Origin: SAR86 cluster bacterium
GTDB lineage: Bacteria > Pseudomonadota > Gammaproteobacteria > Magnimaribacterales > TMED112
Assembly (NCBI GenBank): GCA_016779525.1
Contig: JADHNL010000004.1
Coordinates: forward strand, 1 to 50,710
Direction: 5' to 3'
DNA: 50,710 nt
The notes beneath the pieces were generated by a model that searched no databases, had not been told where the DNA came from, and saw only the letters and a list, made by a program, of their open reading frames with translations. The position numbers and the translations under genes are program-made. Positions within the stretch are counted from its first letter, which is position 1; each line of letters opens with the position of its first letter. Shown here piece after piece: positions 39,053 through 49,463 of the stretch.

Positions 39053-39668
39053 AAACCTTCTCGTTTCTCTGTTAATACTACTGGTTGTTTTTTTAACAAT
39101 ATTTTCTATGTATAGAATCACTCAACCGCGAGTTTTATCAGAAGAAGAAATGAAAGTTAATGGTTTCGTTAAGTATGGCGATAATCAAGAAGTTAGAATT
39201 TTTGACTTGGTCGATCATAATGGAGAGCAATTTACCAACCTACAGTTAGAAAACAATAAAATAAACCTACTGTACTTTGGCTATACAACTTGCCCAACTG
39301 AGTGTCCAGTAATGATGTCTGTTATGAAACAGGTTTTTTCAAAAATTGACACAAATGAAATTGCGTATTATTTAATCAGTTTTGATCCAGAAATAGATAC
39401 AAAGGATCAGCTAAAAAAATATGTAACTGCTTTTAATGAAGATTTTATTGGGATAACAGGGGATATATCTGAAGTACTAAAGCTTGGGTATCAATTGGGA
39501 GTTGAAAAGTTAGCTCCAACAACTGACCACATGAACCACAGAGTAATTTCACATACCAATCATCTTATTGCTATCAATTCAGATGGAAAAATTCTTGGAA
39601 TTTTTCGAGGACCATTTGATAGCAGCAGCATGTCACTGGTGCTTAAATCTCTTTTGATAACAAGTTAA
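39045..39668 (+). CDS. SCO1/SenC copper chaperone
   Basis: FGYTTCPTECP (CxxxC), SFDPEID, conserved His in ISHT. Confidence 0.94.
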   Translation: MSKNLLVSLLILLVVFLTIFSMYRITQPRVLSEEEMKVNGFVKYGDNQEVRIFDLVDHNGEQFTNLQLENNKINLLYFGYTTCPTECPVMMSVMKQVFSKIDTNEIAYYLISFDPEIDTKDQLKKYVTAFNEDFIGITGDISEVLKLGYQLGVEKLAPTTDHMNHRVISHTNHLIAINSDGKILGIFRGPFDSSSMSLVLKSLLITS

Positions 39669-39808
39669 GTAATAAGCCAGAAAATAAGCCAACCGACAAT
39701 AAAGCCTTCTATCCAGGCATACCACATAAGGCCATAGCGGTCTAATCCAAAGTAATTCATAAAATCTTCAGCAATCTTTTTATGCCATTCAATGAATTTT
39801 TTTATCAT
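39665..39808 (-). CDS. Small (47 aa) predicted membrane protein of unknown function
   Basis: Not in the ORF track. MIKKFIEWHKKIAEDFMNYFGLDRYGLMWYAWIEGFIVGWLIFWLIT; fills the gap exactly, with TAATG coupling to qor and TTAA overlap with the SCO stop. Confidence 0.8.
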   Translation of the reverse strand: MIKKFIEWHKKIAEDFMNYFGLDRYGLMWYAWIEGFIVGWLIFWLIT

Positions 39809-40809
39809 TATTGGTTTACCAGAACCACTTTTCCTTTGACACCCCTATTACCTATCATCTTAATAGCTGAAACAGCCTCTTTCATTGGAAAGGTTTGTGA
39901 TATTAGTGGTTTAATTTTTTCTTCAGACACCATTTTATTCAGAGTGTCTATATTGTTTTTATTGATCTGTGGTTCAAGGCCAGTAAACGTGCCCCAAAAG
40001 ACCCCACATATTGAAGCACCTTTTAATAATGCAAGGTTTAGAGGAATTTTTGGAATTTCACCAGCTGCAAAACCAATAACCAAGTATCTTCCTTTCCACC
40101 CAATTGATCTAAAAGCTGGCTCTGCATAACAATCTCCTATTGGATCAAAAATAATGTCGTAGCCACCTTTAATACTTTTTGATTTTAGATCGGTTGAAAA
40201 AGCTTTTTGTGCATCTTTGTCTAATTTTTCTGATCCATATATCACTACTTCATCCGCGCCATATGTTTTACATATCTCACCTTTTTCATCATTTGATACA
40301 CCAGCCACAACTCTTGCACCATAGGCTTTGGCAATATCAATTGCTGCCAGCCCAACACCACCAGATGCTCCCAAAACTAAAACTTCATCACCCTCTTTAA
40401 TTGATCCTCTCTGCACAAGTGCATGAAAGCTTGTGCCATAAGCCAGCTGATATGAAGCTGCTACTTCAAAAGACATAGTGTCTTCCATAGCAAATACTAA
40501 ATTTTGATCTAAAGCAATTTCTTCAGAGAATGCTCCAATTGCAGACATAAAATAGACCCTATCTCCCGGTTTATGTTTTGAAACATCAGACCCAACGCTT
40601 TTAACTATACCTGCTCCTTCATTGCCAGGCGTAAATGGCAATGGAGGTTGAAACTGATATAAGCCTTGAACTATAAGAAAATCAGGAAAATTTAATGCAG
40701 CTGCTTTTATCTCTATAACAACTTCATTGGGCATTGGGCTTAGATCATCTGTTTCTTCCCAAATCAATTCATCAACTGGACCGAAGTTTTTACATACTAT
40801 ACGCTTCAT
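39808..40809 (-). CDS. NADPH:quinone oxidoreductase family protein (MDR, zeta-crystallin-like)
   Basis: ALNFPD, GLYQ, PFTPGNEGAG, VLGASGGVG, GRYLVIGFA, GKVVL. Confidence 0.92.
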   Translation of the reverse strand: MKRIVCKNFGPVDELIWEETDDLSPMPNEVVIEIKAAALNFPDFLIVQGLYQFQPPLPFTPGNEGAGIVKSVGSDVSKHKPGDRVYFMSAIGAFSEEIALDQNLVFAMEDTMSFEVAASYQLAYGTSFHALVQRGSIKEGDEVLVLGASGGVGLAAIDIAKAYGARVVAGVSNDEKGEICKTYGADEVVIYGSEKLDKDAQKAFSTDLKSKSIKGGYDIIFDPIGDCYAEPAFRSIGWKGRYLVIGFAAGEIPKIPLNLALLKGASICGVFWGTFTGLEPQINKNNIDTLNKMVSEEKIKPLISQTFPMKEAVSAIKMIGNRGVKGKVVLVNQ

Positions 40810-42293
40810 TGTGTCTCCTCTCTAAATTTTTTTATGAACTCATCAAATTCTAACTCATTAGATGACAAATGAGCTTGAAAATTATTTATCGAGTTTACTT
40901 TTTCCTCTTCAAATAATTTGTACAACTCCTGATTATTTTTTAAAGACAGATGCTGGGAGCGCTCCTTAATAAAGCTAATTATGTTCCCATTTTTAAGAGT
41001 CGATTCAATTACTTGAGCTGAGATGGGGAGTTTATTTCTATTTTCATATTCTTCAAACATCTGATCAAATGAACCTTCACTAGATACATTTTTTAAGGCA
41101 GCTCTAAGAGAGTTTAAAAAATTAGCTGTCAGCTCTTTGATATCAATTTCAGCATTTGCCCGATCAAAGCCAGTAATTAGGTTGCATTCTTGACCTGCTT
41201 CCGAGGCTCTTCTTATGTTTTCTTTAATGGATTCAATTTCAATGGATGATATAGGAGGTGAGTCGCATACTGCACAATAAAAGATAAAAGCTTCCCAAAA
41301 CAACAGATCGTTTTGAGCTATCCCAATCTCAGAAAAAGGATTAAGATCGATTGATCTTATCTCCAAGTAATCAATTCCGGTTTTCTGAAGCTGCAAATAC
41401 TGTCGCAAGTTGTTTTGTTTTGCCTTTGGCCTAATGTGGTTATACAGTTCGCTCTCCATTTGTATAGTTCCATTATTAACTTGCTCATACTTCTCACTTG
41501 TTGAAGAAATGTGGCAGAATTTTTCATTAGGCGTATTCATGTATCTACTCATAATTTCCAAGTACTCATTAAGGCTATTAAAAGTTATAAAATTTTTATC
41601 TTGTTCTTCAGAATAGTAGCCAAGCCTACTAACTCTTAACGAAGTAGATTTAGGAAGATAACAATTTTCATCTCCTAGCTTTTCAACATGAAGATCTCGA
41701 CCTTTAAGAAATGAACAGTGTGTTACTGGGGAGGAGCCTGTAAGCCTAAGCGCCATTGGAAATAGGCGCATAAAGTTTCTCGCTATTCCTAGATAAAATT
41801 CATTTTTATCAATGCCTATGTTTTTTATGAATGTCTTAGAAAACGAAATATTAAAATGGATGCCAGCAGTACTTTGCATTTTATCCCCATAACGGTTTCT
41901 CAGTCCTAGGCGGTATAAGTAGGCTAGTTTGGATTTATTTGTAAGCCCTGCCTCCGGTAGAGTGATAAACTCTTTGTTGAATACAGGCGGCATTGAATAA
42001 TTCCAAAGAATATCACCATCTAGCCTTTTCTCTACATAGCTATGTAGTTGCTGTAAAAACTCAAATAATTCATGGTTATTATCAAAAGTGGGGGTAACAA
42101 GCTCAAGATGGGGCTCAGAGTAATCTAATGTAACAAACTTGTTAAAGTGATGACTACCTAAAGATTCTGGGTAGCTTTTATTTGATATTTCACCGCTCGA
42201 ATTTGACCGCAGATTTTCTTTTTCAACACCCTTAATTATTTTTTTATCTGAATTGAGAAAAGCGCCAATTCTTAACTGGCTTGAAGTAATCAT
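40806..42293 (-). CDS. gshA: Glutamate--cysteine ligase
   Basis: GVEKENLR, DYSEPHLELVTP, RYGDKMQ, GIHFN, TSLRVSRLGY, IRPK, YLEIRSIDLNPF. Confidence 0.94.
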   Translation of the reverse strand: MITSSQLRIGAFLNSDKKIIKGVEKENLRSNSSGEISNKSYPESLGSHHFNKFVTLDYSEPHLELVTPTFDNNHELFEFLQQLHSYVEKRLDGDILWNYSMPPVFNKEFITLPEAGLTNKSKLAYLYRLGLRNRYGDKMQSTAGIHFNISFSKTFIKNIGIDKNEFYLGIARNFMRLFPMALRLTGSSPVTHCSFLKGRDLHVEKLGDENCYLPKSTSLRVSRLGYYSEEQDKNFITFNSLNEYLEIMSRYMNTPNEKFCHISSTSEKYEQVNNGTIQMESELYNHIRPKAKQNNLRQYLQLQKTGIDYLEIRSIDLNPFSEIGIAQNDLLFWEAFIFYCAVCDSPPISSIEIESIKENIRRASEAGQECNLITGFDRANAEIDIKELTANFLNSLRAALKNVSSEGSFDQMFEEYENRNKLPISAQVIESTLKNGNIISFIKERSQHLSLKNNQELYKLFEEEKVNSINNFQAHLSSNELEFDEFIKKFREETQ

Positions 42294-42305
42294 TTTGGGT
42301 AGATT

Positions 42306-43829
42306 TTATTGAGGTCCTGCGGCAATAATCTCTTCAGCCACATTGTATTTCTGAAAATTTTCTTTAAATCTTGAACAAAGCTTTTCACATTCTTGGTCAT
42401 AATCTTGGACAGATGTCCATGTATTCTTTGGATTTAACAAGTTTTGATCAACTCCGTCAATACTATTAGGAATGCTAAGATTAAGTTTGTCTAGTTTTGT
42501 CACATTATCATGATCAATTGTATTTTCTTGGATAGCAGCGATTATTGCTCTGGTTGTTGGTATTGAAAACCTTTCTCCAACACCATAGCTCCCACCAGTC
42601 CATCCTGTATTCACTAGATAAACTTTGGTGTTATTTTTTCTAATCCTTTTTATGAGCAAGTCTGCATATACACTAGCAGGCCTTGGAAAAAATGGAGCCC
42701 CAAAACAGGTAGAAAATGTAAAATCCATTGATTTAGTGCTCCCTATTTCCGTTGAGCCAACTTTGGCCGTGTAACCGCTCAAAAAGTGATAGGCAGCAGC
42801 GTTTTCATCAAGCAAGGATACAGGAGGCAGAACTCCTGATAGGTCACAGGTAAGGAAAATTATATTATCAGGCTCATCACCTTCATTCTCTGGAACTGAG
42901 TTTTCAATAAAATCTCTTGGGTAACATACTCTGGTATTTTCAGTATACTTATCGTCATTATAGTCTGGAACACCGATATCATTTGTAACAACATTCTCTA
43001 ATACGCTTCCAAATTTAATGGCATTCCAAATTAATGGTTCATTTTCTTTAGATAACTTAATACATTTTGCATAACAACCACCTTCAAAATTGAATACTGT
43101 TCCGTCACCCCATCCATGTTCGTCATCACCAATTAGATTGCATCTTGGGTCGGCTGAAAGTGTTGTTTTTCCTGTCCCTGAAAGACCAAAAAACAATGTT
43201 GTTCTCTTGTCTTGTGTTTGATTGGCAGAGCAGTGCATTGGCAATACGTCCTTTTCAGGTAACAAAAAGTTTTGAACTGAAAACATCGACTTTTTCATTT
43301 CACCAGCATACTTCATGCCGGCGATAAGAACTTTACGCTTTAGAAAGTTAATAATGACACAGGATTCAGAGTTAGTATGGTCAATTTCAGGATCACAAAC
43401 ATAATTTGCAGCAGAAAGTATTTTCCATGTTTCTTTCTGTTCGGGATTGAATTGATCTGGGTTAATAAAGATTAACTTTGAAAATAGAGAATGCCAGGCT
43501 AACTCGGTTTTAACTTCAACAGGAATGTAGTGGTCTTTATTAGAACCAACATGAACTTTTGAACCAAAGTGATCTCTATTGTCTAAATAGTCTGAAACTT
43601 TTTCCCACAAAGCATCAAAATGGTTTGAGTCAAATGGTCTATTTACATCACCCCAATCAATTTGATCACTTGTGCTACTCTCTTTTACAATATATCTATC
43701 GGCTGGACTTCTCCCTGTTCTGCTGCCAGTTAAAGAATTAAATGCTCCATTGGCGACTAATTCACCTTCACCGTTCTCTACAGCGCGTTGGATTAACTTT
43801 GTATTAGAAAGTTCAAGTATTCTAGACAT
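42306..43829 (-). CDS. pckA: Phosphoenolpyruvate carboxykinase (ATP)
   Basis: [47 protein letters not shown]. Confidence 0.98.
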   Translation of the reverse strand: MSRILELSNTKLIQRAVENGEGELVANGAFNSLTGSRTGRSPADRYIVKESSTSDQIDWGDVNRPFDSNHFDALWEKVSDYLDNRDHFGSKVHVGSNKDHYIPVEVKTELAWHSLFSKLIFINPDQFNPEQKETWKILSAANYVCDPEIDHTNSESCVIINFLKRKVLIAGMKYAGEMKKSMFSVQNFLLPEKDVLPMHCSANQTQDKRTTLFFGLSGTGKTTLSADPRCNLIGDDEHGWGDGTVFNFEGGCYAKCIKLSKENEPLIWNAIKFGSVLENVVTNDIGVPDYNDDKYTENTRVCYPRDFIENSVPENEGDEPDNIIFLTCDLSGVLPPVSLLDENAAAYHFLSGYTAKVGSTEIGSTKSMDFTFSTCFGAPFFPRPASVYADLLIKRIRKNNTKVYLVNTGWTGGSYGVGERFSIPTTRAIIAAIQENTIDHDNVTKLDKLNLSIPNSIDGVDQNLLNPKNTWTSVQDYDQECEKLCSRFKENFQKYNVAEEIIAAGPQ

Positions 43830-44338
43830 TAGTTATATTTATGGCCCTTAAACATAATCAGGGAGTATCTTATCAACATTATCGCTAAGATTGAAGAGAA
43901 AAATACACTCGACCATTCTGCAATATTCAAACCTAGAAGCCACCATTGTTCTTCGGCACACTTACTGCTTCCTAAAAATACTTTTTGAAGACCATCAAAG
44001 AAAGGATACAACGAAAATATTGCCTCAAAAGGCATATCACACAACCCCAATGGCAGCTCATCTTTTGGTAGATTTTGAAGGTATACTTGTCGAAGACCAG
44101 CACTGAGCCCAAATAGAACAAAGACCATGCCAACCACATCAAAAAGCACTTTGAGTTTTGGGGTTACCATCTTAAAAAGGTATATAAGAAATATGGCTTG
44201 AGCAGAATATTTCTGCAGCAAACAAAGGTTGCATGGCACCAATCCCTCTATATTCTCAAGATACCATTGACTGATCACAACAATTAAAGATGCAATGGTA
44301 ACAATAAAGTTAAAATATCCCTCAAAAATTACTTTCAT
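43829..44338 (-). CDS. dsbB: Disulfide bond formation protein B
   Basis: Four TM helices, PCNLC, second periplasmic Cys pair (GLC...SKC), LGLNIAEWS. Confidence 0.92.
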   Translation of the reverse strand: MKVIFEGYFNFIVTIASLIVVISQWYLENIEGLVPCNLCLLQKYSAQAIFLIYLFKMVTPKLKVLFDVVGMVFVLFGLSAGLRQVYLQNLPKDELPLGLCDMPFEAIFSLYPFFDGLQKVFLGSSKCAEEQWWLLGLNIAEWSSVFFSSILAIMLIRYSLIMFKGHKYN

Positions 44339-44340
44339 AA

Positions 44341-44352
44341 TTAAGTATTATA
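44341..44352. promoter_or_regulatory. Overlapping -10 elements (dsbB / polA)
   Basis: TTAAGTATTATA in a 23-bp divergent spacer: TATAAT on - 8 nt from the dsbB ATG, TATTAT on + 10 nt from the polA ATG. Confidence 0.55.
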
Positions 44353-44361
44353 TAGAGTCAT

Positions 44362-47019
44362 ATGATTTTTAGACCAGACATAATTTTAATTGATGGCTCT
44401 TCATATATTTACCGAGCTTTTCATGCTTTGCCACCACTAACGACTAGCACAGGGAGGCCAACTGGAGCTACCAGAGGTTTTGCATCAATGCTAAGAAAGC
44501 TTATTTCAACATATCCTAATGTGCCAATGGTGATGGTATTTGATGCAAAAGGAAAAACATTTAGAAGTGATTACTATAAAGGCTACAAAGCCAATAGGCC
44601 TTCAATGCCCAATGAACTTAGATCCCAGATTTCGGACATTAAAGAATTAACCAAACTCTTCAAGCTGCATAGTGAAGAGGTTGTAGGGGTCGAAGCAGAT
44701 GATGTAATTGCCACACTTGCTAAGAGTTTTGGCGTTAAGCATAAAGTTCTAATTTCGTCGCCAGACAAGGATCTAACACAGCTAGTGACAGATAAAGTTA
44801 TTCAGCACAACTCTATGAGCGATGATTTCTTCGATGAAGCTAAGGTCTTCGAAAAATTTGGTGTTATGCCAAATCAAATTAAAGAGCTTTTAGCATTGGT
44901 TGGAGACAAAGCAGACAATATTCCTGGGATAACTAAAGTTGGGCCAAAAACAGCAGCAAAATGGCTCAATGAATTTGGATCAATTAATGCTTTGATTGAT
45001 AGCATTGATCAAATAAAAGGTGTAGTAGGTGAGCACTTGCGCAACGAACAAGAATTCATAAAAAGAAATTTATTCTTGGTTTCGCTAAAGGAAGACCTAG
45101 ACCTAAAATTATCGATACAAGATATTTCTCTGCCTCAAGCAAATAACAGCGAATTAGTTGATTTCTATAGAAGCTTAGAATTTAACACCTTTATTGAGTC
45201 TGCTACTCCTGCCGTTCAAAGCTTAGCCTACAAAACAATATCCAATACAAATGAGCTTGAAGAATTAAATAAAGAATTAGAGGATGCTGAATATTTTTCA
45301 TTTGATACGGAAACGAGCTCTCTTAATTTAAATGAAAAAAATATAGTTGGTCTTTCTTTTTCAACAAAGAAGGGAACTGGCTCATATGTTCCAATAAACC
45401 ATACAGAAACTACAAATCTATCAGAAGCTGAGATAATGTCTTGGTTGAAACAGTTTCTTGAAAACAATCAAAGAAAAATGATTGGCCACAATCTAAAGTT
45501 TGACCTCGCTATATTGGAAAACTATGACATCTCATTAGATTGTTTTTTAGCAGATACAATTTTAATGTCTTATGTTTTCAATAGCACCGCATCTCGACAT
45601 AACCTTGACGCATTAGCTGAGCACTATTTATCTCGAAAAACAATTAAGTTTGAGGATGTTATTGGTAAAGGGAAATCTAAACTCAAGAACTTCTCTGAGG
45701 TGCCAATAAAAGAGGCAACAAATTATGCTGCTGAGGATGCAGAAGTTACTTTATGTCTATATCAGACTTTGTTGGACAAGCTCACAAATGAGAACAAGCA
45801 ACTGTTAGAGAGAATTGAAAATCAATTGGTTTTTGTATTGATGCAGATGGAAAAGACTGGAGCTTTGATAGATCAAGCACACCTGAATAAATTGTCGAAT
45901 GAATTCGGTAGCAAGCTTATAAAGTTAGTAAAATCAATCCATGATAAATGCCAGGTGGTATTTAATTTAGATTCACCAAAACAATTGAGCGAGGTTTTGT
46001 TTGATAAATTGGGCATGCCTACCAAAGGTCTGAAAAAAACTGCTTCAGGCTACTTCTCTACATCTGAAAGCATTTTGCAGCAACTTGCCGAAGAGAATCA
46101 AGTTGTTGAGAATATACTCGAGTACAGGTCGTTGGCAAAATTAAAAAGCACTTATACCGATAAAATCTCTGAAATCTGCGACCATAATTCAAGAGTTCAC
46201 ACATCCTACCATCAAGCAGTTACGTCTACAGGCAGACTATCATCTTCGGAGCCAAATCTGCAAAACATACCCATAAGAACTAAAGAGGGGATCACAATTA
46301 GAGAAGCATTTGTTGCCCCACCTGACAAAAAAATCCTTGCTCTGGATTATTCTCAGATTGAATTAAGACTCATGGCTCATTACTCACAAGATAAAACAAT
46401 GGTCAATTCATTTAATAACGATGAGGATATACATAAGAGAACAGCAGCCGAAATTTTTGGTGTTCCTCTTGATCAAATAACTGCTGACATGAGAAGGCGG
46501 GCTAAAACAATAAACTTTGGTCTTTTGTATGGTATGAGTGCATTTGGTTTAGCGAATCAGTTAAAGGTTTCAAGGCCTGAAGCAGAAATGTTCTTAACAA
46601 GTTATTTTGAGAAATATTCTTCAGTTAAATCATTCATGGAAAATATTGTTGAACAAGCCAAAGCTTCTAAATATGTTGAGACACTTTATGGACGAAAAAT
46701 TCATGTTCCAAATATTGACTCACCAAATTACATGATGAGACAAGCTTCTGAGAGAGTTGCAATTAATGGACCACTTCAAGGTAGTGCCGCTGATATTATT
46801 AAGGTTGCTATGATCGAAATAAGCAAATTAATAAAGAAACAGAATTTAAAAATAGATTTAATTATGCAGGTGCATGATGAGTTGGTATTTGAGGTCCCAG
46901 CACACTTTAATGATTCAAGCATTAAAGAAATAATCCAGCTCATGGAAGAAAGCACAAAGATATCGGTGCCTTTGCGTGTCGACTATGGTTTTGGTGCTAA
47001 CTGGAAAGAAGCTCATTGA
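44362..47019 (+). CDS. polA: DNA polymerase I
   Basis: 5'-nuclease DGSSYIYRAFHA and EADDVI, 3'-5' exonuclease FDTET and YAAED, polymerase DYSQIELR, AKTINFG, QVHDEL. Confidence 0.99.
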   Translation: MIFRPDIILIDGSSYIYRAFHALPPLTTSTGRPTGATRGFASMLRKLISTYPNVPMVMVFDAKGKTFRSDYYKGYKANRPSMPNELRSQISDIKELTKLFKLHSEEVVGVEADDVIATLAKSFGVKHKVLISSPDKDLTQLVTDKVIQHNSMSDDFFDEAKVFEKFGVMPNQIKELLALVGDKADNIPGITKVGPKTAAKWLNEFGSINALIDSIDQIKGVVGEHLRNEQEFIKRNLFLVSLKEDLDLKLSIQDISLPQANNSELVDFYRSLEFNTFIESATPAVQSLAYKTISNTNELEELNKELEDAEYFSFDTETSSLNLNEKNIVGLSFSTKKGTGSYVPINHTETTNLSEAEIMSWLKQFLENNQRKMIGHNLKFDLAILENYDISLDCFLADTILMSYVFNSTASRHNLDALAEHYLSRKTIKFEDVIGKGKSKLKNFSEVPIKEATNYAAEDAEVTLCLYQTLLDKLTNENKQLLERIENQLVFVLMQMEKTGALIDQAHLNKLSNEFGSKLIKLVKSIHDKCQVVFNLDSPKQLSEVLFDKLGMPTKGLKKTASGYFSTSESILQQLAEENQVVENILEYRSLAKLKSTYTDKISEICDHNSRVHTSYHQAVTSTGRLSSSEPNLQNIPIRTKEGITIREAFVAPPDKKILALDYSQIELRLMAHYSQDKTMVNSFNNDEDIHKRTAAEIFGVPLDQITADMRRRAKTINFGLLYGMSAFGLANQLKVSRPEAEMFLTSYFEKYSSVKSFMENIVEQAKASKYVETLYGRKIHVPNIDSPNYMMRQASERVAINGPLQGSAADIIKVAMIEISKLIKKQNLKIDLIMQVHDELVFEVPAHFNDSSIKEIIQLMEESTKISVPLRVDYGFGANWKEAH

Positions 47020-47572
47020 TTGTTCTAACAAATGAGCTTACTAACATGGGTCTCTTTATTGAAAAAGAGAATGCATTTGGGTAATTCTCTTGAATTGCAT
47101 TTAATACAACCTTTACCGAACTATCATCTAGTTTGTCAGCTTTTGTGAGGGCTATAAAGTAGTTAACCTTAAGACTTTCTAACATATTGATCATTTGAAG
47201 ATCAGATGATCTTAAGGGATGTCTGATATCTGTAAAAATTATTGCGGCTACAAGGTTATTTCTATTTTGAAAATATTTTGGTAGCTCAATAGCCCATTCG
47301 TCCTGTTGCTTCTTTGAAGTTTTTGAGTAGCCATAGCCTGGAAAATCTACTATGTAGTTAACTCCGATCTTAAAGAAATTAAATAGTTTTGTTTTACCGG
47401 GTTTTTTGCTGGTTTTAGCAATTTTCTTATTGGAGCTAACAGCATTAATTGCTGATGATTTTCCTGCATTTGAAGCCCCAACAAAGGCTATCTCAACCCC
47501 ATCATGACCATGCAATTGATCATAGGTTGCATGACTTACCTCAAACTCTAAGTTTAGGAAGGATAAATTCAT
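46997..47572 (-). CDS. engB: Ribosome biogenesis GTPase YihA/YsxC
   Basis: GASNAGKSS, SKKPGKT, DFPGYGY, LTKADK. Confidence 0.94.
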   Translation of the reverse strand: MNLSFLNLEFEVSHATYDQLHGHDGVEIAFVGASNAGKSSAINAVSSNKKIAKTSKKPGKTKLFNFFKIGVNYIVDFPGYGYSKTSKKQQDEWAIELPKYFQNRNNLVAAIIFTDIRHPLRSSDLQMINMLESLKVNYFIALTKADKLDDSSVKVVLNAIQENYPNAFSFSIKRPMLVSSFVRTINELLSS

Positions 47573-47617
47573 CTTAATAATTTAATTAATTCCAAGTTGT
47601 TATATAATCATTTTCGC

Positions 47618-48241
47618 ATGTTTAGGATATTTCTTTTACTTATTTCTTTTTCAATCATTGGTGCAGAGAAAGCCTCTTCAGTCAATTTTGAAACGGGCGA
47701 CTCAAATGCAGGTGCTCAAAAAGTTGCTGTATGTGCAGCATGTCATGGGACGGATGGAAACTCACAAGTTGGTAATTGGCCAAAAATTGCTGGCCAAAAT
47801 GAGCGTTATCTTTTTGAACAATTAAAGTTAATAAAAACAGAAGAAAGGTACATTGACGTCATGAAAGGCTTGCTTGATGGCTATTCAGAAGAAGATCTTC
47901 GAGATGTTGCAGCCTTCTATGCCAATAATAGTATGACAATGGGTCAATCAGCTGATGATGAATCTCTAGTTTTAGGAAAATTACTCTATAAGATTGGTGA
48001 TTATGAAAGAGGCATACCTTCATGTCAGGCATGTCATGCAGCAAATGGTTCTGGTAATTCTTTAGCGGGTTATCCAGCTCTTGGAGGCCAGCACAAAGAA
48101 TACTTAATCAGCTCTTTGTTGGCCTATAAAAATGGTGAAAGAATAAGTGGACCTAATGCCTATATCATGAATCAAATTTCACAGCGCCTTAGTGAGGAAG
48201 ATATTGAGGCTTTATCTAACTACATTATAGGATTGTATTAA
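47618..48241 (+). CDS. Dihaem cytochrome c4
   Basis: Signal peptide, CAACH and CQACH, PKIAGQ / PALGGQ; engB-c4-dsbA synteny. Start placed at ATG 47618. Confidence 0.93.
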   Translation: MFRIFLLLISFSIIGAEKASSVNFETGDSNAGAQKVAVCAACHGTDGNSQVGNWPKIAGQNERYLFEQLKLIKTEERYIDVMKGLLDGYSEEDLRDVAAFYANNSMTMGQSADDESLVLGKLLYKIGDYERGIPSCQACHAANGSGNSLAGYPALGGQHKEYLISSLLAYKNGERISGPNAYIMNQISQRLSEEDIEALSNYIIGLY

Positions 48242-48816
48242 TGATTAGATCTTTACTTTTATTATTCTTTATTTCATTCATTGCTGCCGAGCCTAGAGAA
48301 GGAATAGATTATGTTTTAATTCCTGAAGGCTTAATCAAAGAAAATGGAGTTACCGAAGTATTTTGGTATGGTTGTCCTGCTTGTTTTGCCTACGAAGAAG
48401 TCCTTGATGAGATTAGAGAAAGAAGGCCTGATGTAAAAATTGATCTAATACCGCTTTGGGATGAGCCTACTGCTAAAACTTATTACACAATAAAATCTCT
48501 CGGACTTGAAGAAGAAGCTCACAGAAAAGTTTTTGAGGATTGGCAGCTTCAAAGAAAAACTTTTAGAAATGAGAAAGATATTCGTTCTTTTGCAAAAAGA
48601 CATGGTTACGACGAAGAAAGTTTTGCTAAAACTTATAATTCCTTTGGAGTTCAAGTAAAAGCAAGAAATGCAATTAGCACTCCAAGAAAATTCGTTAATT
48701 CTGGCGTGGAATTTTCTGGGACACCAACAACAATAGTTAATAAAATATATTTAGTTAACAGACAAAGGGATAGAACAAAAGAAATTGAAACAATTTTATT
48801 TCTTTTGGACAAATAG
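48241..48816 (+). CDS. dsbA: Thiol:disulfide interchange protein DsbA
   Basis: Signal peptide, EVFWYGCPAC, YNSFGV, cis-Pro loop GTP. Confidence 0.88.
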   Translation: MIRSLLLLFFISFIAAEPREGIDYVLIPEGLIKENGVTEVFWYGCPACFAYEEVLDEIRERRPDVKIDLIPLWDEPTAKTYYTIKSLGLEEEAHRKVFEDWQLQRKTFRNEKDIRSFAKRHGYDEESFAKTYNSFGVQVKARNAISTPRKFVNSGVEFSGTPTTIVNKIYLVNRQRDRTKEIETILFLLDK

Positions 48817-48852
48817 CTTGAAAAAATTAATTTAGAAACAATTTATAAAGAC

Positions 48853-49296
48853 ATGAAGCAAACTATCATTATTACAGCACTCATACTTTTTGCTCCAAAT
48901 CTAATTTCAGACTCTTATGAAGATGAAGTCAGAAAAAGACTAGGCTTAAAAGGCCAAATCTGCAAACAAGATGAAAGTTGTGGCGTAAAATCTATGCCTG
49001 GCGTTGGAGTCAAAAGCAACAAAACTGAACTAGTTGCAGTTAGTGAGGGTAGAGATGGCAAAACTGTTTATGATTTAGGTTGCGCAGCTTGTCATAATGC
49101 TGGTTTAGCTGGAGCTCCACTTTTGGGTGATCAGGCACAATGGGCGTCGCGCCTTGATAAGGGCCTGCAAACTTTAACTGATAATGCTTACAATGGATAC
49201 AATGCTATGCCAGCAAAAGGTCTCTGCATGGACTGCACAAGAGAAGAGATTGAGCAATCAGTTCAATATATGCTTGATGCATTAACGGTTAACTAA
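48853..49296 (+). CDS. Cytochrome c5 family protein
   Basis: CAACH, GLAGAP, AMPAKGLCMDC. Confidence 0.93.
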   Translation: MKQTIIITALILFAPNLISDSYEDEVRKRLGLKGQICKQDESCGVKSMPGVGVKSNKTELVAVSEGRDGKTVYDLGCAACHNAGLAGAPLLGDQAQWASRLDKGLQTLTDNAYNGYNAMPAKGLCMDCTREEIEQSVQYMLDALTVN

Positions 49297-49463
49297 CCAC
49301 CAAGATTTGCAACCTTTTTTTCTAGTTCCGCAATTCTATCAAGAGCCTTATTGAGCTCCTCTTTTTTTACAAAACCTGATTCAAGCATGAACTTTTCTAA
49401 TGCTGGTTTGACCATTTTTTCCATGCCTTTTAGGTCTTTATTCATTCCAAAAGGATTAAACAT
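49293..49463 (-). CDS. Small (56 aa) coiled-coil protein, possibly a reduced UbiK/YqiC
   Basis: Not in the ORF track. MFNPFGMNKDLKGMEKMVKPALEKFMLESGFVKKEELNKALDRIAELEKKVANLGG; overlaps the HAD gene end and the cyt c5 stop. Confidence 0.7.
   Translation of the reverse strand: MFNPFGMNKDLKGMEKMVKPALEKFMLESGFVKKEELNKALDRIAELEKKVANLGG

Noticed and set aside
48950-49240. Extra cysteines in cytochrome c5 (CKQDESC, CMDC) as more haem sites
   Set aside because: Neither is CxxCH; Cys pairs like these are usual in the c5 family.
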